Notes: a model not told the origin generated them from the letters alone. Shown: positions 18,201 through 28,150, counted from the first letter of the stretch. The stretch is 64,000 bases of DNA from Terriglobia bacterium (GCA_965223005.1 CBDCVK010000010.1:160001-224000), one strand, 5' to 3'. Numbers and translations: made by a program.

Positions 18201-19034
18201 TCACGGGTCACGGCGTTTCGGTGGGGCAGCTGACACGCCTTCTAAGCCACCACTGACTCTGAGCACCTCGCCCGTGATCCAAGAGGCTGCCGGACTGCAC
18301 AGAAAAGCAACGCTCCGTGCGATATCGGCTGGCTCTCCCCATCGCCCCAGCGGGATAGCGCTGCGAATGCGCTCAATCATCTGATCCTCGCTGAGATTCA
18401 GGGTTTGGCAGCGCTGCGCCATGACGGTCTTGTTAAATTCCGTGTAGACAGGCCCCGGACTCACGGCGTTTACCCGCACGCCGTAGGCGGCAAGCTCTAG
18501 TGCCAACGTCTTGGTCAGACTGATCACACCGGCCTTGGCCACGTTGTAGGCCGCGACCAGCGCTGCTGGATTCTGGCCGTTGATGGAGGCAATATTGACG
18601 ATACACCCGGATCCCTGCCGCTCCATGATTCGTGCTGCGGCGCGGCAACAACAGAACGTTCCGGTCAAGGTGACACCTAGGACGCGTGCCCATTCCTGGT
18701 CTGTCAGATGGACGACCGGGGCGACGTCTTGTCCAACACCGGCATTGTTGACCAGAATGTCCAACCGACCGTATTCAGCAACTGTCCTGTCGAAGAACCC
18801 GGTCACCCCACTACTGGCGGAGATATCCAAATGGGCTGGCTGCACATTCGAACCTTGCTCCCGCAACCTTTGGGCCGATGCCTGTGCATTTTCCAGTCTG
18901 ATGTCAGCTATGATCACCCCGGCGCCGTCGCAGGCAAGCTGCTCAGCGATCCCCAAGCCCAGCCCCTGGGCCGCTCCGGTCACCACCGCAACTAAGCCAT
19001 CCAGCCTATGCAAAGAAGTCGTACCTTCACTCAT
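18201..19034 (-). CDS. SDR family oxidoreductase
   Basis: TGAAQGLG, NNAG, YNVAK, VNAVSPG motifs. Confidence 0.92.
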   Translation of the reverse strand: MSEGTTSLHRLDGLVAVVTGAAQGLGLGIAEQLACDGAGVIIADIRLENAQASAQRLREQGSNVQPAHLDISASSGVTGFFDRTVAEYGRLDILVNNAGVGQDVAPVVHLTDQEWARVLGVTLTGTFCCCRAAARIMERQGSGCIVNIASINGQNPAALVAAYNVAKAGVISLTKTLALELAAYGVRVNAVSPGPVYTEFNKTVMAQRCQTLNLSEDQMIERIRSAIPLGRWGEPADIARSVAFLCSPAASWITGEVLRVSGGLEGVSAAPPKRRDP

Positions 19035-19143
19035 GAACGAACTCCCTTGATGCATTATCCCCGTCCAGCAAGACTACAGAGTCGGCCACAGCTACCACAT
19101 GACCGATCCGGCCAATGGACGTCAAGGTCTTACTCATTGGGTT

Positions 19144-19503
19144 TCATGGGCGGTCTCGGAGCGGTATTAACTCTCGGCAATTGGTAACGAAAGCATCAAG
19201 ATTATCAGGGACGAATCTAATACGCGGTGGCCAACCTCGCCTCCGGACGTACACGTGTGGATGGAATGCGGCCCAATCGTTATTGTACGACCACCAAGTC
19301 TCAATCGGGCGACGGAAAGCATCGGCAGCCACCGGCTTGGGACGTACGCCGATCTCTATGATCTTGTCGAATGGAATCTTGATCGCGTGGAAAAGAATCC
19401 GTGCTTCCAGCTCAATTCGGTCGCGGTAGATACGATACTCTTGACGCCAACTGAGACGGTGGGGATTGGAAACGTAAACCGGATCGTCTGTCGCGCTTCC
19501 CAT
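19144..19503 (-). CDS. Hypothetical protein
   Basis: 119-aa ORF, GAGGA upstream of ATG. Confidence 0.65.
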   Translation of the reverse strand: MGSATDDPVYVSNPHRLSWRQEYRIYRDRIELEARILFHAIKIPFDKIIEIGVRPKPVAADAFRRPIETWWSYNNDWAAFHPHVYVRRRGWPPRIRFVPDNLDAFVTNCRELIPLRDRP

Positions 19504-19555
19504 TCCTCGACTCGTTGACCTCAGCCACTACCCCAGAGTCAATTTACCGACCTGC

Positions 19556-19891
19556 TCATTGAGCCTTAGTTAGTTCAACACCGTCCACGACCATTTTCCA
19601 TCTACCGCCTTCTTGGTAAGGCGGCTTGGAAACGACGAAGATGGTTGAAAGGAATGAGATACCAACAGAGAAATCATCGCCTTGGAATCCTTGGAGAGGC
19701 CCAGTAATTGACGTTTTTCTCCCTTCCTTAAGCCGTTCGTATTCTATGCTCCCGTCTTGTGTAATTAACAGATACATTTCTGGGGCCCTCCACTGGCCAA
19801 CGTAGTCTGCTTTGTCAGCCGGGACTGGTTTGCCACAACTGGACAGAAATAACGTGAGAAGAAGGATTGCGGGAATTGCTCGAACGTTCAT
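19556..19891 (-). CDS. Hypothetical lipoprotein
   Basis: MNVRAIPAILLLTLFLSSC lipobox. Confidence 0.75.
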   Translation of the reverse strand: MNVRAIPAILLLTLFLSSCGKPVPADKADYVGQWRAPEMYLLITQDGSIEYERLKEGRKTSITGPLQGFQGDDFSVGISFLSTIFVVSKPPYQEGGRWKMVVDGVELTKAQ

Positions 19892-20171
19892 ATGGTGTCC
19901 CTTAGCTGGAATTTCCGGTTTCAACCCTTGCTCGGCTCCAGATTCTGGCCGGTCATGCGCCCCCCTCTTGCCGGCCATGCTACGCCCCGCCCCGCAGCCA
20001 AGTCAACGCGGCGACCCGGCCAGGCGCCGTTAGCTCTGCCGTCGTTGACAGTTTAAGGCCCGCGCGACCTAGACTCTGCCACATCTCTCCATTAGGCCCT
20101 TAGCCGCGCCACTGATTCCTCGGTGGCATAGCCTGCTCGCATGGTTGCCCCGTGATCCTGAATGCCGGATA

Positions 20172-20268
20172 GGTCTTCCCTAACGGGCTAGCGTTTACCA
20201 ATGTTCTGCCTGGATGGTATGGTGTTCCTTAGTAAGGATAGGTAAACACTAACCGACTAGTTGGGGCC
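20172..20268. repeat. Site pair C1 + 41-bp linker + C2
   Basis: GGTCTTCCCTA-ACGGGC-TAGCGTTTACC, linker nearly identical to that in [29 protein letters not shown]. Confidence 0.9.
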
Positions 20269-20302
20269 TATCTGTCACGGCACTAGTTCGAGGAGGTGGT
20301 TC

Positions 20303-20827
20303 ATGATTCGAAGATCAACCCTGGTTTCGACGCTCTTTCTCTTGGTCTCGGTGTCGGCGATCTCTCTCGCGGCGGACCACAAGAGGATTTTGACTGTTGA
20401 TGTTGCGTTGGCGAAAATCGCCGGCGGTGCCCTGACTGCGAGCAGCACGACCTCTCTACCGGTTCTCTATTTCGACACCGCCCAGGTGGCTGCCGCCTTT
20501 GACCGGGGCGCGGTGGTGCTGGGCGAAGAGCCCGGGCGCAACTACCAGGTGCACGCCAGTCGGCGCGAAAAAGCCGGCGAGGTTGAAGTACACCTGTTGG
20601 ATACGGATATTTTCTATGTGCTCCGAGGCACCGCAACTTTCGTCACCGGAGGCACGGTCGTGGGCGGAAAGACAACCGCGCCGAATGAGATCCTTGGGGC
20701 ATCCATCCGCGACGGCAAGACTCACCAGTTAGTTAAAGGCGACGTCATCATCGTGCCTCAAAGCACGCCCCACTGGTTCAAGCAAGTGAAGGCGCCCTTC
20801 CTCTACTTCGTTGTTAAAGTGCGCTGA
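20303..20827 (+). CDS. Secreted cupin-domain protein
   Basis: AGGAGGT RBS, signal peptide, EVH..DTDIFYVLRG and GDVIIVP..TPHWF cupin motifs. Confidence 0.85.
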   Translation: MIRRSTLVSTLFLLVSVSAISLAADHKRILTVDVALAKIAGGALTASSTTSLPVLYFDTAQVAAAFDRGAVVLGEEPGRNYQVHASRREKAGEVEVHLLDTDIFYVLRGTATFVTGGTVVGGKTTAPNEILGASIRDGKTHQLVKGDVIIVPQSTPHWFKQVKAPFLYFVVKVR

Positions 20828-20851
20828 GGTCGGGTTCAGCAATGCCGGATA

Positions 20852-20928
20852 GGTCCACACTAACGGGCTAGTGTTTACTTACGTTCCAGCCTGGACGTAT
20901 CTGGACGCCGGGAGGATCTATCTGGCAT
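20852..20928. repeat. Site D (right type), partial linker and remnant left-type tail
   Basis: GGTCCACACTA-ACGGGC-TAGTGTTTACT; then GATCTATCTGGCA, resembling the GACCTATCTGCCA tail of site A. Confidence 0.85.
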
Positions 20929-21068
20929 AATTGGTCCATCCGTGTTTGAAGCGCCAGGCTCTGGGGGGCTAAGCGTCGGGACGCGAGAGCCTCACAAACG
21001 CGTTTTTCGCCACTACGACGCGTGCACGGACCGGGAAGACCGTCGGTTCGCGGCAGGTGTCGTGATGA

Positions 21069-22163
21069 ATGGAACAACCCGTGCAACTTAGCAAAACCAC
21101 TTTCCCCTTCCTGCTGATAACAGCATTTCTGTTTTCATGCGGTACACCAAGAGCGCCCGAGAAGGCCACTGCTCCAGTCGAGGGAAAAATCGTCCCGACC
21201 GACGCCAAGCTGGAACACGTTTTCACGCGAACGGCCGACATCAAGGGAGGCCTGACAGAGGGACCGGCAGTGGCACCCGACGGCAGCATCTACTTTTCGG
21301 ACATCGCCTTCGGAAAAGACAAAGGCATGATCCTGCGCTTGGACCCGAAAACAGGCGAAACCACTGTCTTTGCCAAAGACAGCCACAAGTCCAACGGGCT
21401 AGCCTTCGACGCCGAGGGTCATTTGATCGCCGCCGAGGGGGCCGACTACGGCGGCCGGCAGATTTCGCGCTGGAACGTTGAAACCGGCAAGCGCACAACA
21501 TTGGCGGACAACTACAAGGGCAAGAAATTTAACGCGCCCAACGACCTCGCTATCGACAACCGGGGACGCGTCTACTTCAGCGATCCGCGATACCTGGGCC
21601 CGGAAACTCGCGATCTCGACTACTTCGCTATTTTCAGGGTCAACAAAGATGGGACGGTCATTGAAATTACTCGCGAGGTAGCTAAACCGAACGGTGTGGC
21701 CCTTAGCCTGGATGAGAAAACGCTTTACGCAGCCGACCTCGACAACGGGAGTGAGCATGTCGACGACCCTAATGCGCCGCCCGCAACGCCGGGACCAATG
21801 AAAGTCTATGCTTTCCCACTCAGTCCAGATGGCTTGGTATCGGGCGAACGGAAGACCCTAGTGGACTTTGGAGACCAAGCCGGCTGCGACGGCATGACCG
21901 TGGACGAAGAAGGAAACATCTATCTGGCGGTCCGCAGCGCGAAACGTCCCGGGGTAATGATCATAAATCCCGAAGGCGAAGAACTCGGGTTCATCCCCAC
22001 AGGTCCGCCCCACCAGGAAGGCGCGGAGAAACTAGTGGGCTTGCCAAGCAATGTCGAATTCGGCATCGGCGAAGAAGCGAACGTGCTCTATGTGACCATC
22101 GACACCAGCCTTTACCGGGTCCGGCTCAACGTTGGAGGCTCCCATCCTCACCACGCGCAGTAG
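21069..22163 (+). CDS. SMP-30/gluconolactonase family lipoprotein
   Basis: LFSC lipobox; TEGP, SNGL, FNAPND, PNG, CDGMTVD, PSNVEFG motifs. Confidence 0.9.
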   Translation: MEQPVQLSKTTFPFLLITAFLFSCGTPRAPEKATAPVEGKIVPTDAKLEHVFTRTADIKGGLTEGPAVAPDGSIYFSDIAFGKDKGMILRLDPKTGETTVFAKDSHKSNGLAFDAEGHLIAAEGADYGGRQISRWNVETGKRTTLADNYKGKKFNAPNDLAIDNRGRVYFSDPRYLGPETRDLDYFAIFRVNKDGTVIEITREVAKPNGVALSLDEKTLYAADLDNGSEHVDDPNAPPATPGPMKVYAFPLSPDGLVSGERKTLVDFGDQAGCDGMTVDEEGNIYLAVRSAKRPGVMIINPEGEELGFIPTGPPHQEGAEKLVGLPSNVEFGIGEEANVLYVTIDTSLYRVRLNVGGSHPHHAQ

Positions 22164-22166
22164 TGT

Positions 22167-22230
22167 GGCGAATGACAAAGCTTGCGCCCCCGGGTTCACG
22201 TGCCTGCCCGGCTGCAGCGGCTTGTTAGGC
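22167..22230. repeat. Degenerate attC-like site
   Basis: Minus strand reads GCCTAAC-AAGCC-GCTGCAGC (R''-5 nt-L''); the other half is decayed. Confidence 0.5.
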
Positions 22231-22467
22231 ATCAACATGCCCTTCCAAGACCCTGCGTCCCATCCGGCCTGAAGAGCCGGCCGGCAACATCGGCGTCCCC
22301 GACGAGAAGTTCTCTCATGAGCTTCTCGATCTCGCCGTCCACAAGGAGCCGGCTAGAAGAGCACAAGTCCGATCGGCCTTCTCAGTGAGCGAGCGTCTGA
22401 ACTCCAGCACTTCACCCAGGCAAAGGTTGATCTCCGGTGACAACTGGCCTAGCTTGTCACTATGCAT
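22225..22467 (-). pseudogene. Frameshifted, truncated gene-cassette remnant (MltR-like by recollection)
   Basis: MHSDK..EVLEFRRSLTEKADRTCALLAGS / VDGEIEKLMRELLVGDADVAGRLFRPDG..VDA*; the stop TAA lies inside GCCTAAC. Confidence 0.5.
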
Positions 22468-22495
22468 AGTCGTTCACGCTTTGCCTGCACGTTGT

Positions 22496-22578
22496 GCCTA
22501 ACGACCAGGCGCTGCAGCCAAACCCTCGCTTTTGGCGGCTTTGCTGCAGCCCGGCTCTGCTGTAGCCTATCGTTAGGC
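22496..22578. repeat. attC-like site (83 bp)
   Basis: GCCTAAC...GTTAGGC termini with internal complementary GCTGCAGC/GCTGTAGC boxes. Confidence 0.65.
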
Positions 22579-22628
22579 CCGCTTGGCCGACAGTCGTGAG
22601 ACAATTCGTCCGTTGGAGGAGCAAACCG

Positions 22629-23726
22629 ATGATCGTCGATTCCCATGCCCATATCTTCGAAAACTGGCACGGCAAATGCGGGCATGACGCCAAGGATCTT
22701 CATCTTAAGTATATCCAGAAAAACCTTACTCGACCGGCGGCGCGGGTCTTCCGGACGCGCGACAGCGCCCCTGCTGATGCCCAACTGCTCTTTCGCCCGG
22801 GCGACAACTCTTGGGACGGTCTGCGCGACGATATCGGGTTTCGGGTGGGAACATGCGGCCGCATGGAGTTCGCCATCGACGGCACGGACTATTTCGTCCA
22901 GTATTATCCCGTTGGCATGGCCGCGATACAATCTCCGCCTGAGCTGATGCTGGCCCAGATGGGCTACGCGGGGGTCAGCCACTGCGTGCTTCAAGCGGGG
23001 CCGACCTACGGCATGATGAACGACTACAACGCTTGCGCGCAAAGCGCGCACTCTACCAAATTCACCGGCCTCTTACACGTGGACGACGCGATGGCCTACA
23101 CCCCCCGGTGGATGGAAGAGGTGGAACGTGCCTACCACCGCCTGGGCCTGCGCGGACTCTATTACTCGGTGGATTCCTTCGCCCGTTATGGCTTCCAGTT
23201 GGCCTTCAACGACGCACGTATGAGCCCGTTCTGGGAACTCATTGCCTCTCTCGATATCCCGGTTTTCATGGAGCTGAACGCCTCACCCACGTACGACGAG
23301 GGTGGCTACGTCGCCAATATCAAAAGGCTCGACGAGCTGCTCACCCGCTATCCCCAGGTCCGTTGGCTCATCGTGATGGGTCCCCCCGTGGCTTACTTTG
23401 CCAAAAACGGCAAATGGGAATTTCCCCCGGAGGTCGAGCAGGCCTACCATCGAGACAACGTACAGATTGAGGTCATGTTCCCGATCACCTGGGGCTGGCA
23501 TTGGGATTATCCCTATCCCGAGGCCCAGGTCCTCATCCGCGACTTGAGGGATAAATACGGCGCGGGAAAACTCATCTGGGGCTCGGATATGCCCAACGTC
23601 GAGCGCTTCTGCACCTACCGCCAGTGCATAGATTACGTGCGCCGGCACTGCGATTTTCTTACGGACGGGGAGAAGGAGTTGATCCTCGGCCGAAACGTTG
23701 TACAGCTGTGCAGAATCGAACTTTGA
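22629..23726 (+). CDS. Amidohydrolase (Amidohydro_2-like)
   Basis: IVDSHAH, DYPYPE, LIWGSDMP motifs; GGAGG RBS. Confidence 0.85.
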   Translation: MIVDSHAHIFENWHGKCGHDAKDLHLKYIQKNLTRPAARVFRTRDSAPADAQLLFRPGDNSWDGLRDDIGFRVGTCGRMEFAIDGTDYFVQYYPVGMAAIQSPPELMLAQMGYAGVSHCVLQAGPTYGMMNDYNACAQSAHSTKFTGLLHVDDAMAYTPRWMEEVERAYHRLGLRGLYYSVDSFARYGFQLAFNDARMSPFWELIASLDIPVFMELNASPTYDEGGYVANIKRLDELLTRYPQVRWLIVMGPPVAYFAKNGKWEFPPEVEQAYHRDNVQIEVMFPITWGWHWDYPYPEAQVLIRDLRDKYGAGKLIWGSDMPNVERFCTYRQCIDYVRRHCDFLTDGEKELILGRNVVQLCRIEL

Positions 23727-23753
23727 GATGGGATGGTGCGAAGGAGGTTGAAC

Positions 23754-24467
23754 ATGTACGGCTGGCGGGGAAAAATCGGATTGTTGGTCCCTTCCGCGAA
23801 CGCCGTTGCGGAGCCAGAAATGAATCGGGTTATTCCTGAAGGAGTTTCATGTTTTGCGGCGAGGATAAGAAACACCAGCACTGACTATGACGATACCTTG
23901 GCGATGCTCAAGCATGTCGAAAGGGCCGCAGATGAATTGGCCAGCGCCCACGTGGATGTCATTGCCTTCACCTGCACGTCCGGCAGTTTTGTGAAGGGTG
24001 GAACAGGTGAAGACGAGCTGAAGAAGCGAATCGAGAGAACCTCGCATATCCCTTCAGTGACCACCTCAGGAGCCGTCGTTCTGGCCTTGAAAAACTTCAA
24101 GGCAAAGAGGCTTGTCGTTGCAACACCCTATCCCGATGAGATCAATCGATTGGAGAAGCTATATCTCGAAGAAAACGGTTTCGAAGTCCTCACGATGAAA
24201 GGGCTGGGGATTACAGATGCTTTTCTAATCGGCTGCGAGATGCCAGACAACACATACCGATTCGTAAAAGGACTGGATAATGCCTCTGCGGACGCGATTT
24301 TCATTAGCTGCACGAACTTCCGAACGATGGACTTCATAGAACGATTGGAGAGGGACTGCAAGAAACCGGTGGTGACGAGCAATCAGGCGACCTTCTGGGC
24401 TGCCCTTCGGGCGATTGGATGTGGAGATTCCATCTCTGGTTTCGGAAGGCTACTGAAGCAATTCTGA
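23754..24467 (+). CDS. Maleate isomerase / Asp-Glu racemase superfamily protein
   Basis: IGLLVPSAN..EPE, FTCTSGS, TPY, ISCTNF, PVVTSNQA; both Cys positions present. Confidence 0.88.
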   Translation: MYGWRGKIGLLVPSANAVAEPEMNRVIPEGVSCFAARIRNTSTDYDDTLAMLKHVERAADELASAHVDVIAFTCTSGSFVKGGTGEDELKKRIERTSHIPSVTTSGAVVLALKNFKAKRLVVATPYPDEINRLEKLYLEENGFEVLTMKGLGITDAFLIGCEMPDNTYRFVKGLDNASADAIFISCTNFRTMDFIERLERDCKKPVVTSNQATFWAALRAIGCGDSISGFGRLLKQF

Positions 24468-24549
24468 GCGGCCAGGTGATGGAGACACAAAAGGCGAGGG
24501 TGTGTAGCTCCATGTGGGGAACGTAACACTGAAAAAGGAAGAAGGGACC

Positions 24550-25731
24550 GTGCACAACAAAGAGATGATGACGGCGATGCTGGCGGCTTTCATTTTCCTC
24601 TCTTCTTGTGCATCCAAAACAGAATCGATCCGGATTGGGTATATTGGGCCGCTTACGGGCTCTGTTGCACTTGTGGGCACCGAAGGTGTGAAGGGCGTAA
24701 CGCTTGCGGTGGAGCAGATCAATGCTGCCGGTGGATTGTTGGGGCGCCCCCTGAAGTTGTATTCGGCGGATGACAAGTGCAACCCTGCAGAATCGGTCTC
24801 GGCCACAAGAAAGATCATTACCAGAGATGAAGTTGTAGCCACAATTGGGCACGGATGCAGTTCAGCCACGCTGGCGGCCATGCCGATCAATCAACAGGAA
24901 AAGATTCCGCATGTTGTTGAGACCTCAACGAACCCGATGATCACCGTGAGAGCAGGAGTGGGTGGCAATCGATGGATCTTTCGTCCTAACCTTCCCGACG
25001 ACATGAATGCTACGGTTTTTGCCAAGATGATCGTGGAACTCGGGGGAGAGAATGTCAGCTTTCTACTCGTCAATGACGACTGGGGACGAGGGGTCGCGAG
25101 TTCGTTCAAACGGGTCATCGAAAGTGAAGGCGGAAAGGTCCTCAACGTCGATTATTACGAGGAAGGCGAGACCAATTTCATGTCCGTGCTTACAAACATC
25201 AAAGGGCTTAACCCAGACGCGCTTCTTGTGGCCGCCAGGACTGGAAGTGGTGCTGTCATTATGAAGCAATATACCGAGCTCGGAATGAAGATGCCTGTGT
25301 TCAATCAAGGCGAGATGGTCAACGAGCAATTTGTGAAGCTGGTGGGAAAAGAAATCGCCCAAGGACTGATTGGATGTGAATCCTGGTATCCAGGAATACA
25401 AGATCCGATGAACAAGAAGTTCGAGGAGGATTATATCGCGAGATGGGGATATGACCCCATTGAACATTCCGCTTATAGCTATGTGGGCGTTCAGTTGATC
25501 GCAGAGGCAATCAGGATATCCCAGGCGGCCACACCCCAGGCGATAAGGGAAGGACTGACAAAGGTGGATTTGAAGACAATCGCTGGGCATATCAAGTTTG
25601 ACGAACATAATCAGGCATGGACATGGGTGGTCATCGCGAAAATCGACGATGGCAAGGTAAAGGTCATGAAGGCTGTGGAAGTCGGCAGACCCCAAGGCTA
25701 CTGGGAAGCCTGGGAAAAGAAAGCACAGTAG
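24550..25731 (+). CDS. LIV-family ABC substrate-binding lipoprotein
   Basis: LSSC lipobox; IGYIGPLTG, INAAGGLLGR, DDKCNP, DDWG motifs. Confidence 0.9.
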   Translation: MHNKEMMTAMLAAFIFLSSCASKTESIRIGYIGPLTGSVALVGTEGVKGVTLAVEQINAAGGLLGRPLKLYSADDKCNPAESVSATRKIITRDEVVATIGHGCSSATLAAMPINQQEKIPHVVETSTNPMITVRAGVGGNRWIFRPNLPDDMNATVFAKMIVELGGENVSFLLVNDDWGRGVASSFKRVIESEGGKVLNVDYYEEGETNFMSVLTNIKGLNPDALLVAARTGSGAVIMKQYTELGMKMPVFNQGEMVNEQFVKLVGKEIAQGLIGCESWYPGIQDPMNKKFEEDYIARWGYDPIEHSAYSYVGVQLIAEAIRISQAATPQAIREGLTKVDLKTIAGHIKFDEHNQAWTWVVIAKIDDGKVKVMKAVEVGRPQGYWEAWEKKAQ

Positions 25732-25806
25732 GCCAGGGCAACAAATAAAACGCAAGCGCTCATAGGGTGATAGCGTTCCTGGGAACGACCTAGCGTAAGC
25801 CTGCGC

Positions 25807-26673
25807 ATGGAGACTTTCTTTCAGCTCATTGTGATCGGCCTGTCCTTCGGCGCCGTCTACGCGATGGTCGCAGTGGGACTCACCATCGTCTTCGGAATCC
25901 TTGAGGTCGTGAATTTCGCCCAGGGCGAGTTTTACATGCTCGGGGCGTATATCACGCTTCTGGCTTATACGGCTCAGCTCCCCTATCCACTTGCGATCCT
26001 GATTTCGGTCGGCCTGATGATCATCGTTGGGATAATCGTAGAGAGATTTGCCATCCGTCCCCTAATTGGAAAGGCATGGCAGCTACCGCTACTTTCGACC
26101 CTTGGAATATCTATCATCATGCAAAACGGTGCCATACTGCTTTGGACGCCCAATCCCAGGACAATCATCATGGATCTCGCGAGTATGAACATTCACATAT
26201 TCGGAGTTGTGATCACGTTCCAGAGGCTGTTGATCATTGTGTGTGCCCTGATCATTTTCACCGGAGTGCATTTCTTCATTCACCGCACAAAGACTGGTAA
26301 AGCCTTCCGGGCTGTTTCTCAAAACAAGGAGGCATGCCGTATTGTTGGAATCGACGTCACAAGGATTTCAACCATTGCCTTCGCATTGGGCGCCGGTCTA
26401 TCTGGTTTTGGCGGCGCTATCGTGGCTCCCATTATGGCCATCCATCCAGTGATGGGATTGCTTTTGGTCCCGAAATGCTTTGCAGCAGTCATCATGGGTG
26501 GCTTTGGCAATGTGAAGGGGACGATCTACGCATCATTCATCTTGGCCATCGTCGAGAGTTTTGCCGTGGCGTACGTTTCCTTGCAGTATAAAGATGTGTT
26601 CGCTTTCCTAGTGTTGATCCTCGTACTGCTGTTTAAGCCACACGGCCTATTTGGCAGAAAGATAGGAATATAG
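25807..26673 (+). CDS. LIV-family ABC permease (LivH-like)
   Basis: GLTIVFGILEVVNFAQGE, TKTGKAFRAV, GGFG, FKPHGLFG. Confidence 0.92.
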   Translation: METFFQLIVIGLSFGAVYAMVAVGLTIVFGILEVVNFAQGEFYMLGAYITLLAYTAQLPYPLAILISVGLMIIVGIIVERFAIRPLIGKAWQLPLLSTLGISIIMQNGAILLWTPNPRTIIMDLASMNIHIFGVVITFQRLLIIVCALIIFTGVHFFIHRTKTGKAFRAVSQNKEACRIVGIDVTRISTIAFALGAGLSGFGGAIVAPIMAIHPVMGLLLVPKCFAAVIMGGFGNVKGTIYASFILAIVESFAVAYVSLQYKDVFAFLVLILVLLFKPHGLFGRKIGI

Positions 26674-26685
26674 GCGCTAACGTAT

Positions 26686-28080
26686 ATGGGTAGAAGGAGG
26701 CCTCTGCTCACCATTGTTGGAGGAGTTCTCTTGCTCGGGGTTCCCTTCTACATAACCTCTCCTTACGTCATGCATCTGATCATCTTGTCAGGGATATACA
26801 TAATATTCGCTCTCAGTTACGACATCGTCGTCGGATACCTAGGAATGCTGTCCCTGGGGCACCCAGCGTTTTATGGAGTTGGAGCCTATGCCTCGGTTTT
26901 ATTGGTCATGAAACTGGAGGTTCCCTTTATTGTCGCTCTGCCACTTGCCGGTGCCGTGGCATCAATCGTTGCAGTGTCGGTGGGTTATGCAGCCTTAAGG
27001 CTATCGTACCATTCGTTCGCTATCGTGACGGTCTGGCGTTTACGCTCATTACTAGAGCGATATGGATAAACTGCGGTTCAGCTGACGAATGGTCCCATGG
27101 GGATTCCTGGCGTTCCAAGGCCAATTATAGATCTTCACCTTTCCTCGGCCGTGTCGCCTATCGACACTGGTCCACGGAATCGCTACTATTTTGTTCGGGT
27201 CCTTGGTGATCGCTACATGTGTGTGTATTTACTACATGATACACTCAAGGGTCGCCTGAAGAGGCGTTCCTTTCCATCAGGGACTAACGAGGTACTTGCG
27301 GAAAGCCCTCGGGGTCAACGCCTTCAAATACAGAGTGATCGCCTTCACAATCAGTGCTTGTTTAGCTACGGCCCCGAACGGCTCAGTGTTGTCACAGGAC
27401 TAAACGCTACTAGACACTGATTCTGAGAGTTTTTTACAGCGACTAGAGCGATATGGATAAACTGGGTTCAGCTGACGAATGGTCCCATGGGGATTCCTGG
27501 CGTTCCAAGGCCAATTATAGATTTCCCTTTCCTCGGCCGTGTCGTTATCGACACGTCCACGGAATACTACTATTTTGTTCTGTCCTTGGTGATCGCTACA
27601 TGTGTGTGTATTTACTACATGATACACTCAAGGGTCGGAAGGGCGTTCCTTTCCATCAGGGAGAACGAGGTACTTGCGGAAGCCCTCGGGGTCAACGCCT
27701 TCAAATACAGAGTGATCGCCTTCACAATCAGTGCTTGTTTAGCCGGCCTCGCCGGGAGTGTGACGGCCCACTATATTACTTTTGTAGGGCCTGAATTCTC
27801 CGACTTCTATTACATCACAATGCTTCTGATCATGGTGATTCTTGGCGGCTCTGGCACAATTCATGGAGTTATCCTGGGGGCGGTACTTGTTACCTTCATT
27901 CCAGAATATCTGAGAATAGCGCCCGAGTAGACGTTTATCCAGGGATTTTCTATTGAGCCAGTTCAGGTTCGTAGTACGGCCTTTGTAGGGTGTCTTTTGC
28001 CTTTCCCAGCCCTTTATCGTCCTTCTGGACGGACTCCTCCTTGGCGGCCCCTGGGCCCACTTATGCCCGAGACCAGGTCT
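26686..28080 (+). pseudogene. LivM-like permease broken by a noisy duplication (probable assembly error)
   Basis: N-part GYLGMLSLGHPAFYGVGAY; C-part TNGPMGI..SRVGRAFLSIRENE..LGGSGT; C-terminus garbled after 27930. Confidence 0.8.
27051..27743 (+). repeat. About 300-bp tandem duplication
   Basis: 27051-~27366 repeats 27442-~27743 with many 1-2 nt insertions. Confidence 0.9.
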
Positions 28081-28150
28081 GAAGAATTCAGGGAGCCCCG
28101 ATGGAAATCCATCCGAACGCACTCCTTTGCACAAGGAAGTTTAAAACAGC

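Noticed and set aside
20002-20049. GTCAACG...CGTTGAC hairpin as another attC
   Set aside because: The ends do not fit RYYYAAC/GTTRRRY.
20163-20277. Site pair read as a 115-bp MITE with TG...CA ends
   Set aside because: Not preferred: no target duplication, each half is itself a palindrome with a conserved spacer, halves occur alone, and similarity between A and B extends past the putative end. Kept as the main alternative to test.
17993-20879. Repeats considered as a CRISPR array
   Set aside because: The intervening 41-42-bp segments are near-identical rather than unique spacers, spacing is irregular with whole genes between, and no cas genes are present.
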